Of a DNA stretch of 64,000 bases, positions 25,904-40,109 are shown one piece after another. The DNA is from Azolla caroliniana. Its lineage: Eukaryota; Plantae; Polypodiophyta. Below the pieces are notes generated by a model. That model was not told the DNA's origin, ran no database searches, and was given only the letters and a program-made list of their open reading frames with translations. A program made the position numbers and the translations under genes. The stretch's first letter is position 1; each line of letters starts with the position of its first letter. Location of the stretch: positions 868,001-932,000 of the forward strand of contig JBHGNT010000015.1 in the NCBI GenBank assembly GCA_043228905.1, given 5' to 3'.

Positions 25904-28900
25904 GGCCCAACTGAAACTGATGGTGGAATGAAGATGGCAACTTGCATTTTTATTTATAAGAGATGTCGAGATTGGTAATTATTTTTGGCACATTGCTAAC
26001 ATGGAACTACTACACATTATATTGTCTAATGAGAAACGAATGAAATTCTTTGTGACAAACATAGATACAAATATAAAATTTTCATATTCAAAATGGAATA
26101 GTGGGTGTCTAATCCAATGCCAAATGTGTCACACGGGGGCCCAATGCTATTATCTTGTTCAAATTTAGATTGACAAAATATTCACATATGTGGATTTTCA
26201 AAACACATGTATACGCGATGTAGCTAGTGGCCCTGGATTATGATTTTCATGGTATATAAGGCCATTATTTACTTTGGAATCTTTCTTTTTTGATTTGAAG
26301 CCAAAATTGTATTGCATGTAGAATGATTAAACCATAGATTTTGGCTATTCCACCATGAGCTTGTAGCTTACTTTTCTTGGTAATGGGCGATTTTAGTGCC
26401 ATTGTAAAGAAAATAAGTGAATTAATAATATTGTTTGACTATTTCCTAGTTGAAGGTTGGTATCACAGTGCGCGGGTATGTATGTGATAAAAGTCAAGAT
26501 ACACCATCAAGTTATGTGAATTGTGCTTTAATATGATGCAAATTTGACAATGAGTCCTTTGTTTGTCACTGAAAGGAACCAAAATTCGTACTAACTATGA
26601 AATATGGGTGATTATGTTCCTTACCATCTACATTTGCATTTCACAAGAGTGGATATTTGCACTTCTTCCTTAAGAAATAGTATAATCACCCACAATATTA
26701 AAAAATAGATGGGTGGCACAATGAACTCTTAATGAAACAATTAATTTAAGCATCAATGACTCATAAGGATTGACATGCTCCTAGTTGCATCAAAATGACA
26801 CTTAAATAAAAGCGAGTTTAAATCACTACTATGTGAAGATACTAATGTATTAAATTTTTATTGCTATAGAAATTTGTGCACACACACATCACATATACAA
26901 GACAGTTTGTCGGATGCATGATGGACATGTACTTCAAAATACATCACCACTAGTATATCAATGTCTAACTACAAGTGTAAATATGTTACATATAATTTGG
27001 CCATTTGTTCCGAAAACAACATTATCCTTGTGGAGGGAGCATGCAATCACGTCAAACAACTTTGTTACTATTTTTCTCGACTTATTGATGAACAATGCTA
27101 TAAATACATCTATTGGCTATACATCACGAGGGAGAAGAATCCTTTCATGGGTAGGGACACACATATGCCTACACGTATGAATGTAGCATATGTGTGTGCT
27201 CGTGTATGGATAAGTAATCCCCAATTAAGCATTGGGCACTTATCATGCTATCTAGACAAATTACAATAAAATTTAACTAAAGCCCATTTAACCAATGACA
27301 CGAAACAACCCATCTAACATGATCAAGTTAATTAATATGGTTGTCAACAATTTGATGAAGAGCTTTGTAATGAGGTAATTGAAACATTGCATTTGATTGT
27401 GCTACTACAAATATCAAGAAGAAAACGTTATTTTTTAATAGTGAAGAGTCTACTTCTAAGATTATTGGATAATGTTGGATATCAATAAATTTATTTAATC
27501 TTATTAGAAGATAGAGCACGTAGATATACTTCTAGACAAAAGAAACATGTAATTAAAAGGATACCCCATCCATAGATTTGCATGATTTATTGCCTAAATT
27601 TACTATACGTTAGTTCCAATCATGCCATTACTTTGAAAAACTCGCAAGGAACTCTTCCATCAAATGTGCTTGTAGGGCTCACTTCACAATTTGAAAGTTG
27701 TCATATGATTCAAGGGGACGCGGGCAAGGAGACTCTTCATATACACATAAACAAAACCTTGTTATTTGATGAAAGCATGATAGAGACATTACTCTTCACT
27801 AACATATACAAACACATGTTTGGGCAACCAAGGTAAAGAAATAATGTTTACCCTTACTAAAAAAAGTAAACGAAATAATGACGAAGAATCACCGACCCAC
27901 ATAATTACTCTGAAGTAGCATGATTCAATGAAATACAATTTGAGAAATGATGGTAGACAAGGGATTCTTTCCAAAAACATCTCCAGATAAAAGAAATGAA
28001 TGTTCCTAGAGCGAAAGCAACTTGCACGACAACTACAGTTCGAGATCGGGGAGGTAGGTGACAATTCATTCTTACATAATATAAATGAATTGCCCCGAAC
28101 AGTGAGAGACCCCGAGGGGCAAGAAGCGAGAAGGTATGGGGCCATAACAACTGCAAACTGATACAAGGTGGATTTAAAAGAACATATGAGCGTGAGTGCA
28201 GCCACGAGCAATCTGAAGCAAATACCTAGAAATAGTAGCAGTGATACTAGTAGCAACACTACTTCTACTACTGCTACTGCTACTACTAGTGTTACTACTT
28301 CTACTACTAGTGCTACTAGTACTACTACTAGTACATATGCTCTCTTAGATTCAACAAGAGGAGGCACAAGGGGAACACGGTGGGCGTTTGATTGCACGCG
28401 TTTTCTACGAGGGTAAATTAAAAGAGAAAAAGGGAAAGCTAGATTAATGACTTGGTGGTGGGGGGTGGTCACAATCAATACATTACGAAGGTGTTGGGGT
28501 CGGGCGGGAGGCAAGACTCGAGAGTAATCGAGACTAGGTTGGGATGTTGTCCCCTACCCTCTAGTGTGTGTGGGTTTGAGGGGGGACCAAAAGTAGGACA
28601 GTTAGTTGGTTGGGACATATAGAGACAAAGAGCTAAAGTAAGCCTGCACAAGGGGGGGGGGGGACATTTGTTTTTTGTTCTTCTTGGACCGGCTGCAGCC
28701 GGTCAGGACTGTCCCCCACCCATAAAAAAAGAAATGCATACATATATGTATTTTAAGTATGTACATATGTACGTGGATCACGATGTGGTTTTCTTCTCCC
28801 CCCTTCCCTGCCCACCGGAGAAAAACGGTCGCTAGATTTAGTGGCGACTATCCACATCTAGCAGCGCTAACACATTTAGAGACCTCGCCATTTCTTATTT

Positions 28901-29191
28901 TGAAAACCACAGATTTAACACATTTAGAGACCTCCTGACGGTTGATACATACATACATACATACACACACACATACATATGTACATACATGCATGCATAC
29001 ATACTGTACATACACACATACATCATGCATACATACATGCATATACATACATATACATACATACGTACAAACACACAGACATATGTATATAAGCAGAGAG
29101 GCAGCTTCACTCTCACAGCCGCGCAGAGCTTTCAGACTGTCAGTGTGCTCAGTGGCTATGGAAGCTTGAAAAAGAAACGCAACACAGCAGA

Positions 29192-29223
<32 letters not shown>

Positions 29224-29425
29224 CTCTGTGTCTTTCTCTGTGTCGACATTTTCCTTGCCCCCCTCCTTCCTCCTGCTTCCTCGATTCACGCCGGCAAGCA
29301 ATCTCCCCTTCGTCTCCATGAAAATCTCACCATAGCCTGCAGAGGGCGGCGGCCTTCGTTCTACTGTCTGTGTGTCTCTCTGAAGAGAGCCGTAAGTAGC
29401 ACCCCCCTCCTACAGAGCTACAGCC

Positions 29426-31075
29426 ATGACTGTGGACACTATTGCAGATCGCCGTCGCCGCCTGGGCTCTGGCCGCGGCCTCAAGAGACTGTCGGAGAGG
29501 GCACACAACACCAGAATGAAGACCAGTCCATCGATGATGAAGACGGTGGCACCATCTCTGCCTGATCGAGCAGAATGCTTCGATTGCTTCGATTTCTCCC
29601 CTCTGGTGGCCGCGGTGATGGAGCGCCTGAGGAAATGCAAGGTGAAGTTAGGGCAGGGCCTGCTGGAAGAGGAGATCGTGAGGATAGAGGCATGGCTCTC
29701 CTTCACCTTCCCGCCCGATTTGAAGGCCATACTGCGGACTGCTGTTCCCATGGGGCCTGGTTTCCCTGACTGGAGAGCAGGAAACGCGAGCCAGCTGAGA
29801 GCAATGGCGGAGCTTCCATTGGTCGGCATTTCGTATGAGGTAGCCCAGGGCCGCTTCTGGCTCAAGCAATGGGGCCCCATGCCGCCTGACGCAGAGAAGG
29901 CCGTCTGCGTCGCCTTGTCTGCCCTACGCAGAGCCCCCATCCTCGTGCCTGTCTTCCGCCATTGCTACATCCCTGCCTCCCCTTGCCTCTCCGGGAACCC
30001 CATCTTCTTCATCTGCCATGGACAGGCCTCAGTCTGCGCGGCAGACATCAGAGATTTCTTTGACAACAGGGATTTCTCACCCGAAAATGACTATGCCTCC
30101 ATCAAATCTTGCCGCAGATCTCTCTCGCATTTAGACTGGCCTGCTAACCTAAACAGCCCTAATCATTCAAAACACCTCAGATTAGCTCCACCTAAAAGTG
30201 AAGAAGGCGATGATTCTAGCGATCATGACCATGACCATGACCATGACCTGTCGATCAGTAGCAGCTTCGATGAAACCAGCTTTGGGGAGTATTCAGATGA
30301 ATCAGATGCAGCCTCAGCTCTGGTCAAGAGGATCTCTCAGTCTCAGTCTGGGCCCTTGGAGAGGAAGATGGATGGCCTGGCATCATGCAGGAAAATAGAG
30401 GTTTGGAGTGATCTAGCAGAGAAGAAGGGGGGATACATGCATAAGGATAACAGCAATGTGTTGATGATGAGGATCCATGGTGAGGAGCAGCACCATGTGA
30501 CAGAATTCAAGAAGCAGAAGCAGAAGCAGAAGCAGAAGAAGAAGAACTCTGTTCCAATCCATGGCTCTACTACTACACCTCACTGGCTGCAGAGGTATTT
30601 CGATGACATGGCTGCCTTGCTCAGGAAGCAGGGATGGAAGGAGCAAGACCTGGCCGACATGTTCCTCTCGGTCTCCTCTGTGCCCGCCCATTCTTCGTGC
30701 CAAGAAGACTCCGAGGCTCCCGCGTCGGTGCCTAGCCATGGCCCCGAGAAACCATTCGGCCGGACATTGGTCTTGTCCGGCCGCCCCGGACATGGCCCTG
30801 GTGGACATGACCCCAACCCCGACCATGACCCGGACCTTGACCTTGACCTTGACCACCCGGCCAAAACATTGGCCATGGGCGGCCTCGTATTGTATGTCGA
30901 TGTCCTATCGGACATCCTACGAAGCGCCGGGTGGAGCTCCACGGACGTGTCCGAGGCGTTCGATGTGGACATGTCCAATAGTTTCTGGCTCACGAGACCC
31001 CGGCCCCGGCGGCCCACGGCCTTCCCTTCTCACATTGCCGCGAGAATTGCGGATTTCGCGGCCGCTTATCTCTAA
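29426..31075 (+). CDS. Intronless SMI1/KNR4-like (SUKH superfamily) plant protein, 549 aa
   Basis: GL.EEEI.RIE....FTFPPDL..IL....P.GPGFPDWR...FW...WG..P.D.EKA...A..AL.RAP.LVPVF.HCYIP..P.L.GNP.F and a later IEVWSD motif. Resembles the Arabidopsis At3g50340/At5g67020 family as recalled. Confidence 0.88.
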   Translation: MTVDTIADRRRRLGSGRGLKRLSERAHNTRMKTSPSMMKTVAPSLPDRAECFDCFDFSPLVAAVMERLRKCKVKLGQGLLEEEIVRIEAWLSFTFPPDLKAILRTAVPMGPGFPDWRAGNASQLRAMAELPLVGISYEVAQGRFWLKQWGPMPPDAEKAVCVALSALRRAPILVPVFRHCYIPASPCLSGNPIFFICHGQASVCAADIRDFFDNRDFSPENDYASIKSCRRSLSHLDWPANLNSPNHSKHLRLAPPKSEEGDDSSDHDHDHDHDLSISSSFDETSFGEYSDESDAASALVKRISQSQSGPLERKMDGLASCRKIEVWSDLAEKKGGYMHKDNSNVLMMRIHGEEQHHVTEFKKQKQKQKQKKKNSVPIHGSTTTPHWLQRYFDDMAALLRKQGWKEQDLADMFLSVSSVPAHSSCQEDSEAPASVPSHGPEKPFGRTLVLSGRPGHGPGGHDPNPDHDPDLDLDLDHPAKTLAMGGLVLYVDVLSDILRSAGWSSTDVSEAFDVDMSNSFWLTRPRPRRPTAFPSHIAARIADFAAAYL

Positions 31076-34000
31076 GAAAAAAGGGGGCCAGGCCAATCCC
31101 AATCTATATGGGAATATGCCCCAATTCCTCCTTTAAGTGGATCTTCTTCACTTTGCTTGAGAAGTCAGAGATAAGAAGAATACATACTCTTGTTGTGTAG
31201 ATATTTAGGCACACACAAAAGGAATAAATGATTGATTATATATACCATATATATATATTTTTTGCAAACAGCAATTGTCTTCCATTAAGGTGTGTAAAGT
31301 CCTTATTTGATGATTTCTACAAGGTATCAAGAACCATGGTGGTCCAAATTCTGATGCATGTAAATGTATCTTTTTAGAGGAAACTATGTGGATCCATGTG
31401 GTGTTTGAGGTTAGAGTTTGTTATGGTATAATTTATGCAAACACATCATATAGATGGATTTTTTGCAACCTTGTGCGTGTTTAGCTTTGTTTTGCGACAT
31501 GAATAGGCCCTTGATTGAGTGTATAAGAAAGATTTCTGTATATTTCGGACCCCTTTGAAACATATAAGTCATCATTGTGCGCTATCCCAAAATTTGTGTC
31601 TCCTTTTCCTCGAAATTGTTGTCGTGTATTAGCTCTTGTAAGAGGGGTGGGGGGGAAAGCTTTGCAAGTTTATTTATGTCCTTGCTTGAAAGTTGATACC
31701 TACCTATAAGGTGGGAACACAGAGCATAATGATTGGTAAGAATCATGGTGGCATGTTATTGATGATTGGAAACATGGCATTGTATTTGTATGTAATGACA
31801 TATTATGTCACCTTTAAGCTACGTACCTAAGTGTGCATGGCATCTTCCTACATGGTATGCCATGAACCCTAGTCACGAAACCCTTCCTCATTACCCAACG
31901 CATGCTCGAAACATGGCATTTGATCTTGCAAGTTACAACTACCCTATTTAAATGAATTTTATGCTTAAACTTGGATGCCTGTGTTTTTGAGACGAGGAAG
32001 TAGTGTTGGAATAACTCTTGCCATGTTTAACAATGAATATGTCGAAGTATCTATTTCCCTGCATAAGCGTATGACTTTGCAATGGATGCAAAATTAATCA
32101 TTACCCTTCTAATGGACTAGAGTATAGAATGGTTGTTTAAATCAGTAACAAGTTCTTGAGATATTCTTTTGAGGTTTCTTTGAGGTTTAATGTTCTATTA
32201 TAAGTATGTGCCTCTCTCATCCTTCTATGCAAATGAAGCCGCATCTTTCATTGTCTAGTGTTTATATACAAAAACCAAGAAATGAATGTGCGTCTTTGAG
32301 TCTAAAGGGTAAAACCCCTTCCTCGACAACCCTATAGTATGAGGGCCACACACGTATTTGTCTCGCAAGATTCCATAGCCACTTTGTGAAGAGTAATCAC
32401 ATTTGAAATTTTTGAATGTTGTAATGAATTTTGGAAAAACCAAAAGATTTTATATTTAATCTCAATGTGTTTCCCAAAACAAGGACTTATACATTTCTTG
32501 AGTGCCTACTTTTTATTGCTCCATTTGTTCAAACTTTCTTTTAGAGCATATATAAGATTTGATTATGTATATTTCCTTTGCTCTAGTTCAAATTTATGAT
32601 CTAATCCTATAGAGATAAAAGTTTCAAATAAATGATTATAGATTTATGTGCAACATGTTGAGTGTGCATTGATGTGGAATCTAAAGCTAAAAATAAAGAA
32701 ATTAATCACAATCTTGATAGAAACTCAACAATGTTAGCTTCATTGCGAAAACAAGCAGCGCCATATGGAGCGAATGCCTATCTAGAATTTATTGTAAAAT
32801 GTAAGATCCTAAATATTATGTAGGTTGGGGGCCCTATTCATGATGATTCCATGGCCCTTCTGGTCTTCCTTTCGTAGTGAAGATTGGCAAATAAGATTCA
32901 CAAGACATGTGATATTCTCATCATGTCCTAATGGGACAAGTTACAACATCATGGCCCCAATGACAATTAAAGTGATCATCTAATAAGGTACTTTAAATGA
33001 TTGAAAGAGAGAGATGGGACAAGTTGGTAACTTGTTTCGACTCGAAGAAGCTGTTAGCTTGACGAGGTATCATATGATAGAGAGATGTGAATCTTGTTTA
33101 TGTTATGCAGATAGTTAGCAGTGAGCACATTGACCATACATGATTAATTGCAAGTGTAGGTGGAATGCCATTATTTTTTATTAATTGCAAGGATAGGTGG
33201 AACAACACTATTGTCGGATAATTATGAGTGTAGGAGGAATAATGCTATTCTTGGTTAATTGGAAGGACGGGGCCGGAATAGTGTGACAAAGTCGGGGAGG
33301 GGGAATAATGAGGCAATGTTTCCGTTTAACATAATAGCGCCTAAGAAAAGAAAAGGAACAAAAGATAGGCTACTAAGGTGTTAGTACAAAATTGATGTTG
33401 TGCCAACATGATCAGGATTGTTGTATTGGCCTACCTAACTAGTTGTCTCATTTAGATAGTGAAACCAATGAATGATCAAATGCATGGGTTGATGGTTATC
33501 AAGATGACAAGACCATTGGACACGGGTTAAGCTACTCGTACAAGGTAGTCTGGACCTTGTCTGGTAAAAAGTCCAAATACCATTATATATGTTTCGAATG
33601 CTTAGCAACAACAAAATACCAATGGGGCCTTAAATGGAGTACCAATTGTAAATAAATGTTAATAAAAATAAAATATAACCCATCGCCGTCTAAAGTGAAT
33701 GAATGTTGGTCATGCCAATGCTCACTTTTGAACATGTTGTTGATTCTCTTGTATCTATTCTTAAATATCTACGAGTTAAAAGATGGTTTCTAGAAGCATG
33801 TAGTTTGACTAGAGCATTTATAGCTTCTGTAAAAAAAAAAACCCACGATTTCCTATTTTCTTTTTGTTATAGGCTATAGCATAGAAACATGTATTTGAGG
33901 TGGCACTTTTATCCTTTTGGTGTTAGCTTGTATCATTGAGCCAAGCGATGGATAAATTCAGTAATACTTGAGGGAAGGATTGAATTCTTACACTTGTTGT

Positions 34001-37000
34001 TTCGAGAAAACTCCTACTTTGAGCTAGCAACCACATATTTTCTAAGAGCCAAATCACTCAACTAGAGGTGTACAATTTTGAGAAAAATCTTTGTTGCAAT
34101 CATGTCACCAACTTTAGCTATTGTTCTTACTTTTGTAAGGCCCCCCTTTTTGTCTTCATGTAAGCTTGTTGCAAAAACCTTTAGCCAAGACAATATGTAT
34201 ACGCAATACATTTGGAATGACTTGAAAGGTAGAATATATCTTGAGACAACATAAAACTTGAATGGTGTGACATCTTCAAAGCAGGCTTTGGTAGAATCCA
34301 AAACAGAAATGATATATATATATATACATATTAACGAGATTTGTAAAAAAACTTGAATGGTGTGCCATGTGACTTATCACCTCTAGTTCTTCCATGTATA
34401 TTTGTGTTTCACAAGTGACATAGAAGAGAGAATAAGATCACATGTTCATATGGAAATTCATAAGTAAGGGGAAGTGGGAACATAGAAGCTTTAAAATAGC
34501 CTCACCCATTTCCCCTTATTGGATGTTCACATTTTTCATTCTCTTTAATGATCTACCATGACAGATCACTAGCACACCCAATATGAATTGTTAGCTCATT
34601 AATCCGCCCACATGAAACCAGGCATTTGCCTATTTGTGGCACTTTCAACACTTGGTAGTTAGTGGGATTACAACTTGGGGTTTCCATTGATCTTAGTGTA
34701 AGTCGTTGTCAAGAGATTCTCATGTTTGTTCCTTATATTGGTGTGCACATTTTGCGTTTTCTTTAGTTATCTACCATTGCAAATCATTACCACCTTGAAC
34801 CGCTTTGTTGATTCAACTTGCAAAAGAATATGATTGCTTCTCAAATTTAGATAATTATGTTCTTTCGTGAATTACTTATTAAAGGCTTCTACTTTCACAT
34901 GTGGGATTGACCTTATGTTTGCATTGATTGGCAACAAATATAAAATTTCTCATTTTTTCCTTATAAAAAGGAGTTGTAGATTGTAATTTTGAGTCCACTT
35001 AGCTCCTTGGAAAATAAGTGGACCTTGGCACCTTGCCATTTTTCAAGATTCCCAAGAAAATATAGCCCTTGGAAACACGTTTGTTTTGTTTTAAATGTCT
35101 TTGTATTTGAAAAAGTTCTCCTCTTTCCTTCCCTTTCCCTTTTTGGAAGTAGAGATGCACGTACGACAACCAAGGAAGTCATTCTCTAACCTTTTGGATT
35201 CTAACGTGTGGAAACCAATATTTTCATTAAAGGTTTTGGGTCGAAGTTTGGACGTAGTTGCACTTTTGTATGATATGTAGGATTTAGCATTTTATTTTAG
35301 TTGAAGAATACAACTTTGGATCGTCCCACTAGATTAGATCATTCAACCTCTCTCATTCTCAAGTCTCCCCCAATTGCTAGGAATGTAAGGGCTCAATGTA
35401 AATCCTGTTGCTCTTCTTTGGACAACTTTGTTGGCTAAGGTTTATTGGTACCACCGGTTTAACATGGTCTCACCAACTTGATTACATTCGTATCGTCGTT
35501 TTCATTGTAAAACTTGTATACATGTTAAAACAAAACAAAAATACAAAAAAACCTATTGTTGAGCCTCATACAATTGGAAGGATACGTATAAATTATATAA
35601 GGTGGTCTAAGACATGTTGGCATAATGATAAGGGGTCAATAGAGCTAAGTTGCGAAAAATGCCAAACTTCTCTCCTCTAAAATTTCTCCTTCCCCCTCCC
35701 CCCCCCCCATTCTCAGTTATTCTAAGAAACAATATTATTTTCCCCATTCTAGTTATATGATAAGATGAAATAAAATCCTTATCAATGTCACTTTGTGTGC
35801 TATAAATTATAATGAAAAAATACATCACATAATTAGTCTAATAAAGATTGAAGTGAGAGGGACTCATCATTGTGGTAACTATACACACTACGCCAAAGCA
35901 ATCACAAGTCATACATTTGAGAGTGAGACATATGGAGCACAAGGAGAGGTGATGATCAAGAGGAGTGTGTTAAAAATTCATATAATAAACAAGGAGTGTT
36001 GGTCATGTGTAAGTGAGCTCGATATTCATATCAACTTATGTTGGATAGATCTGAAGTGCAAAAAAATGTTAGATAAATCAAATGCTTCCTAATAGCAAAA
36101 AATTGGGACACATCTTTTTCTCAGTCCTACATCTAGAGCAACCATTAAAACTCCATACGATAGGTATATAGAATTTGTGGTTTAAGTGATGGCATCGTCT
36201 CTGTTTTACATTAAGAATATTTGAAAAGGCTCCATTCAAAAGAAGTATAAGCGATAAATTCAACAAGAGTTAGACGCTCGCTACTATGTTGATCAAACCT
36301 TTTGAAATTTTCTTTTTCATTCTAGCACAATCTTTTTCCTAGCATGATACAAGGAATCTTATAAAACAACACAACATGAACATATACGTGCTAGCATTGT
36401 ATTCCCACACCTCAAAATATTGTGAAAAGGTGGAACGTAACAACACTAAGGTAGCAAATAACATGACCTCACAGAAGTCCACTTTTGAGTTCCTCATCTC
36501 GCACAAATGTTTTGTTTGATGTCCTAATATGTGTAGGAAAAGGATGAAGGAGACCCAAAGACATAATCAAATCAAATATACCATGATGCAATAAACAGGA
36601 GATAAGAAAGCTGAACTACTTGTTTATGGATCAGGAGACCAAGACATGTTTCAATAAAGGATAAAAGTAACCTTAAACACGTGATAATATCATAGATCTA
36701 TGGATGCAAATATGGATCACTTAACATCATGGTTAGCCCACCTTAATGCCTATTTGTGGATAGAAATAACTTATACACGTTTGAATGCATGAATACCCTT
36801 GTTATAATGATGTTTTTCACTCTACTTTTGGAATTTTGGTTCTATGGAGACGTATGTGACAAAGATGAGTTCCATGACAACAATAAAAAATTTGAAGAGG
36901 TGAGTGACTCAGTATATGACTAAGTCGTATAAATTTATGTATAGCGGCTTCTTTTCCAAGTACATACTTTTGTAATCCAACGAATTTCTAATTAATCCTC

Positions 37001-38229
37001 TATTCATAAAAGGTTTTCGTTAAAGTGCTTTGAAATATTGTTTCTAATGAATGTGCTCCACATACCGTCTCAACATATGCTTGCAATGAATCCATATATG
37101 ACGCGTGTTGAAAATTTAAGCTTGGATTGGCTTGTAAAGCGACAAGCATTGTGAATTTTTATTAGTAGTCAATTGAATGCATAACTGACGCGTGTTAGAA
37201 ATTAAAGCTTACATTGGAAAATGATAGACGTTGTGCATTTTTATTACTAGTGCGTACTTCCAAAATCTGATGCTTTCTCAAATGGTTTTGGATAATCATT
37301 GACAACTCTATACTAACATATGATAAACATATTCATTCTTACATGGGCAATAACTTTAGCCCCCATAAAAAACTAGTGTTCAAACAGAGTTCCACATGTT
37401 TTTATCAGTGACAAGTTACAACTTCCCTATTTTTCACTTGCCAAAAGATTCAAACTTTTTAATGTTTTTTCTACTGCCGAAAGAAATGTGACAACAAAAA
37501 AGTTTTTTTTTGTGCATTAATCAATTCACATGTTAAAGAGATATAATGACACGATCGTTATTATCGTCCTTCCTATATTGATTATTCTAAACATCTAGCA
37601 TCTTCAATATTCATTTCTTTGTTAAGGTAGACGTTGTGAATCTTTATGTTTACTAAGAGCAAAAATAAAGAGCGAGTATTTTGAATTATGAGTGTTACAA
37701 TTGGGGTGCAGTTCCATTTCTTGGGTTCAAATAACCTTACGAATGCCTCAAAAAACGGAAAATAATAGGTACTAAAAACCTCAAGCTCCACAATATTTTC
37801 TAAAAGTAAATATTCATGATTCATTTTAACATCTTGTTAAGGATTTGATTGTTAGGGATGTCAAATGACATCCAACATGCAAGACGTACGATGTATAAGA
37901 GAATAGAAAATTACAAAAAAAGAGAAGTAGGGGCAATGAAGAAGAAGATATGACTAGATTTAGAAAAATCAAGAACCAAGTACATCCAATAACTATGTTG
38001 GCATTTTGTAAGTCAATTGGGGTGAGAACCCCCATTATATACACTCATATATGCCACACAATAACTCTATCTATGCATACAAGTGACCTTGTCACCACAC
38101 TTATGACATTTGGTGGAACCATAGAATATAATAAATGTTACATTTTAATGTCTAGCGTCACATTTGTTGTAAAGTTTCTTCTCCTTTGCCCCTAACTTTT
38201 TAGGTGGAGCGGGTGTGTGATTATGAAAT

Positions 38230-38950
38230 TATGGCTTATGTCTAATAGGTTGTGGAGGTGGTTGCCCAATTCGCAAATGGCCTCAAACAAAGGGTAGCCT
38301 ATCCATAACGCTAGATAATGAATTTGTTGGAGCACCCATGAGAATTTAGGATCTTGTCTACCTCAACTCATCACCATACTCAAGTTTGACAAAAGGGGGG
38401 ACAACAAGTTGACGGTCTTGAAGAGAAGAGGGGTGGAAAGGCGCTATTAATGTTGTAGAAGGGTTGATGCTTGCAAATGAGAGTGATTAGTGGTTGGTCA
38501 ATAATGGAAAATGTATGGATGTGCAATAGAGTACGCATCAAAGTTATTAATTGAGAAAAACGACATTGACTTGTAGATGAGGGTTTGGGATGGACAAAAT
38601 GTAAGGGTGAACTTGATGAACCAAGCTAACGAGCCTATCATTGGTAATTTGAAGATAATAGGGTGTTGAGGAGAACCAACGAGATTGATAGTAATCTCTT
38701 TATGATTTTAGTTAACTCGAATAAGCCGTAGGTTCGTCTTCCAAGTGATCTTACTAGAGACAAGCGGTCACCCATCAACCACCTCAACCAAAATAGGAAC
38801 AAAACTTTCTCACAATTGGATGTTGGCTTTGTCTACAGAAGAGAACTTAAAGAACCAAGATGTAGCACCTAAGTCAATAAACATGATGGTACGTAGAAAT
38901 CTAAGTCATAATCTATGTGAACATGGATTGTAAAACTTTGCATTTTTGGA
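38230..38950 (-). mobile_element. Heavily decayed Ty3/Gypsy protease region
   Basis: Minus-strand remnants MFIDLGATSWF...VEVVDG*PLVSSKIT...SPQHPII resemble the retrotransposon aspartic protease (IDSGAT; VEVIDGRPL). Boundaries approximate. Confidence 0.45.
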
Positions 38951-39440
38951 AAAAGAAAATCTTTTCGAAGGTCTAGATCTATTAGTAGTGCCTTGGCTAA
39001 GGTGCCATCTAGTGTTGTCCAACTAATATCCTATCAATATGACCTCTTTTTTTTATTTTAATGTTTAGCATCATGTTGATCATGAGTAATGACATTGATG
39101 AGTAATTGTCCTATGTAATCATTTGTTTCGAAATAAAATATCTTAAGAACCAAGCCCAAGGATACTTTTTGTAGTACCATATTTATTTGAAGGAACTTCA
39201 GATTTCTTCTTATGTTTCATATTACAATCTGTTGTGCTCATCAATTTAAATCAAAAGCTAGTGAACCCTATTTCAATATTGACAACTTGGTTCTATTGTA
39301 TTTGGCTATCTTAGAACTTTTTGTTCTAAAGTGTTATTTAGTGTCATACAGAGGACACCATTGTCATAAACGTATGGGGTAAAATCATTTATTATAATTT
39401 TGAAGGTACAAAACAAAGATAACAAAGTTTGAGAATTTGT

Positions 39441-39802
39441 GTACATTAGATTAAAGTCTTTTGCCATCCCAACAATTGAAAAGTTGTTCAATATTTGCAT
39501 TATTCAATTATTTATCAATGGCGGATGCAAGGTACCTCTTATCTTTCATGGAAACCGGGGGATGGATGGATACACATCAAATTCTTACCATTGCAGTAAC
39601 ACAAATCTAGGGGAAATTTTGAGTACATAAGATTAAAGGCTTTGTCATCCTTGCAATCAAAAAGTTAGTCAATATTTGCATCATTTAATTATTTATCAAT
39701 GGGGGATGCAAGGTACCTATTATATTTCATGGAAACCGGGGGATGGATTGATAGAGATCATATTCTTACCATTGGAGTAAAAAACAAAGCTAGGGGAAAT
39801 TG
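39441..39802. repeat. Diverged ~183-bp tandem duplication
   Basis: GGATGCAAGGTACCT..TAT.TTTCATGGAAACCGGGGGATGGA and CTAGGGGAAATT occur twice at this spacing. Confidence 0.8.
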
Positions 39803-40109
39803 TTTTGATGAGCTTCATCAAGTAAGTTTTTCTTTTCCTTACTTTAAAGTGTAGCTAGATGTACTAAATATAAGAAGAAATCATTGATGGGTATATAGGT
39901 TGAGCCATACAAATTACTATTAGTATGAAGGAAAATCATTATCTTAGGCATCTACAAAATTATTGAGGGAAGGTTTCCACATAGTTGTGTTACTTTATCT
40001 TTGGTGTTTCAAAAAATGATTGATCATTGGAAAGGTGGGAAAGTTTAAAAATATAAAGAAATGGAGCCTCATGGATGTTCACTTTGAAAAAAGTTTACTT
40101 GAGTAGATT

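Noticed and set aside
27789-29321. Several 70-240-aa ORFs on both strands
   Set aside because: Products of (ACT)n, (CATA)n and (CT)n microsatellites, mostly with non-ATG starts and no recognisable domain.
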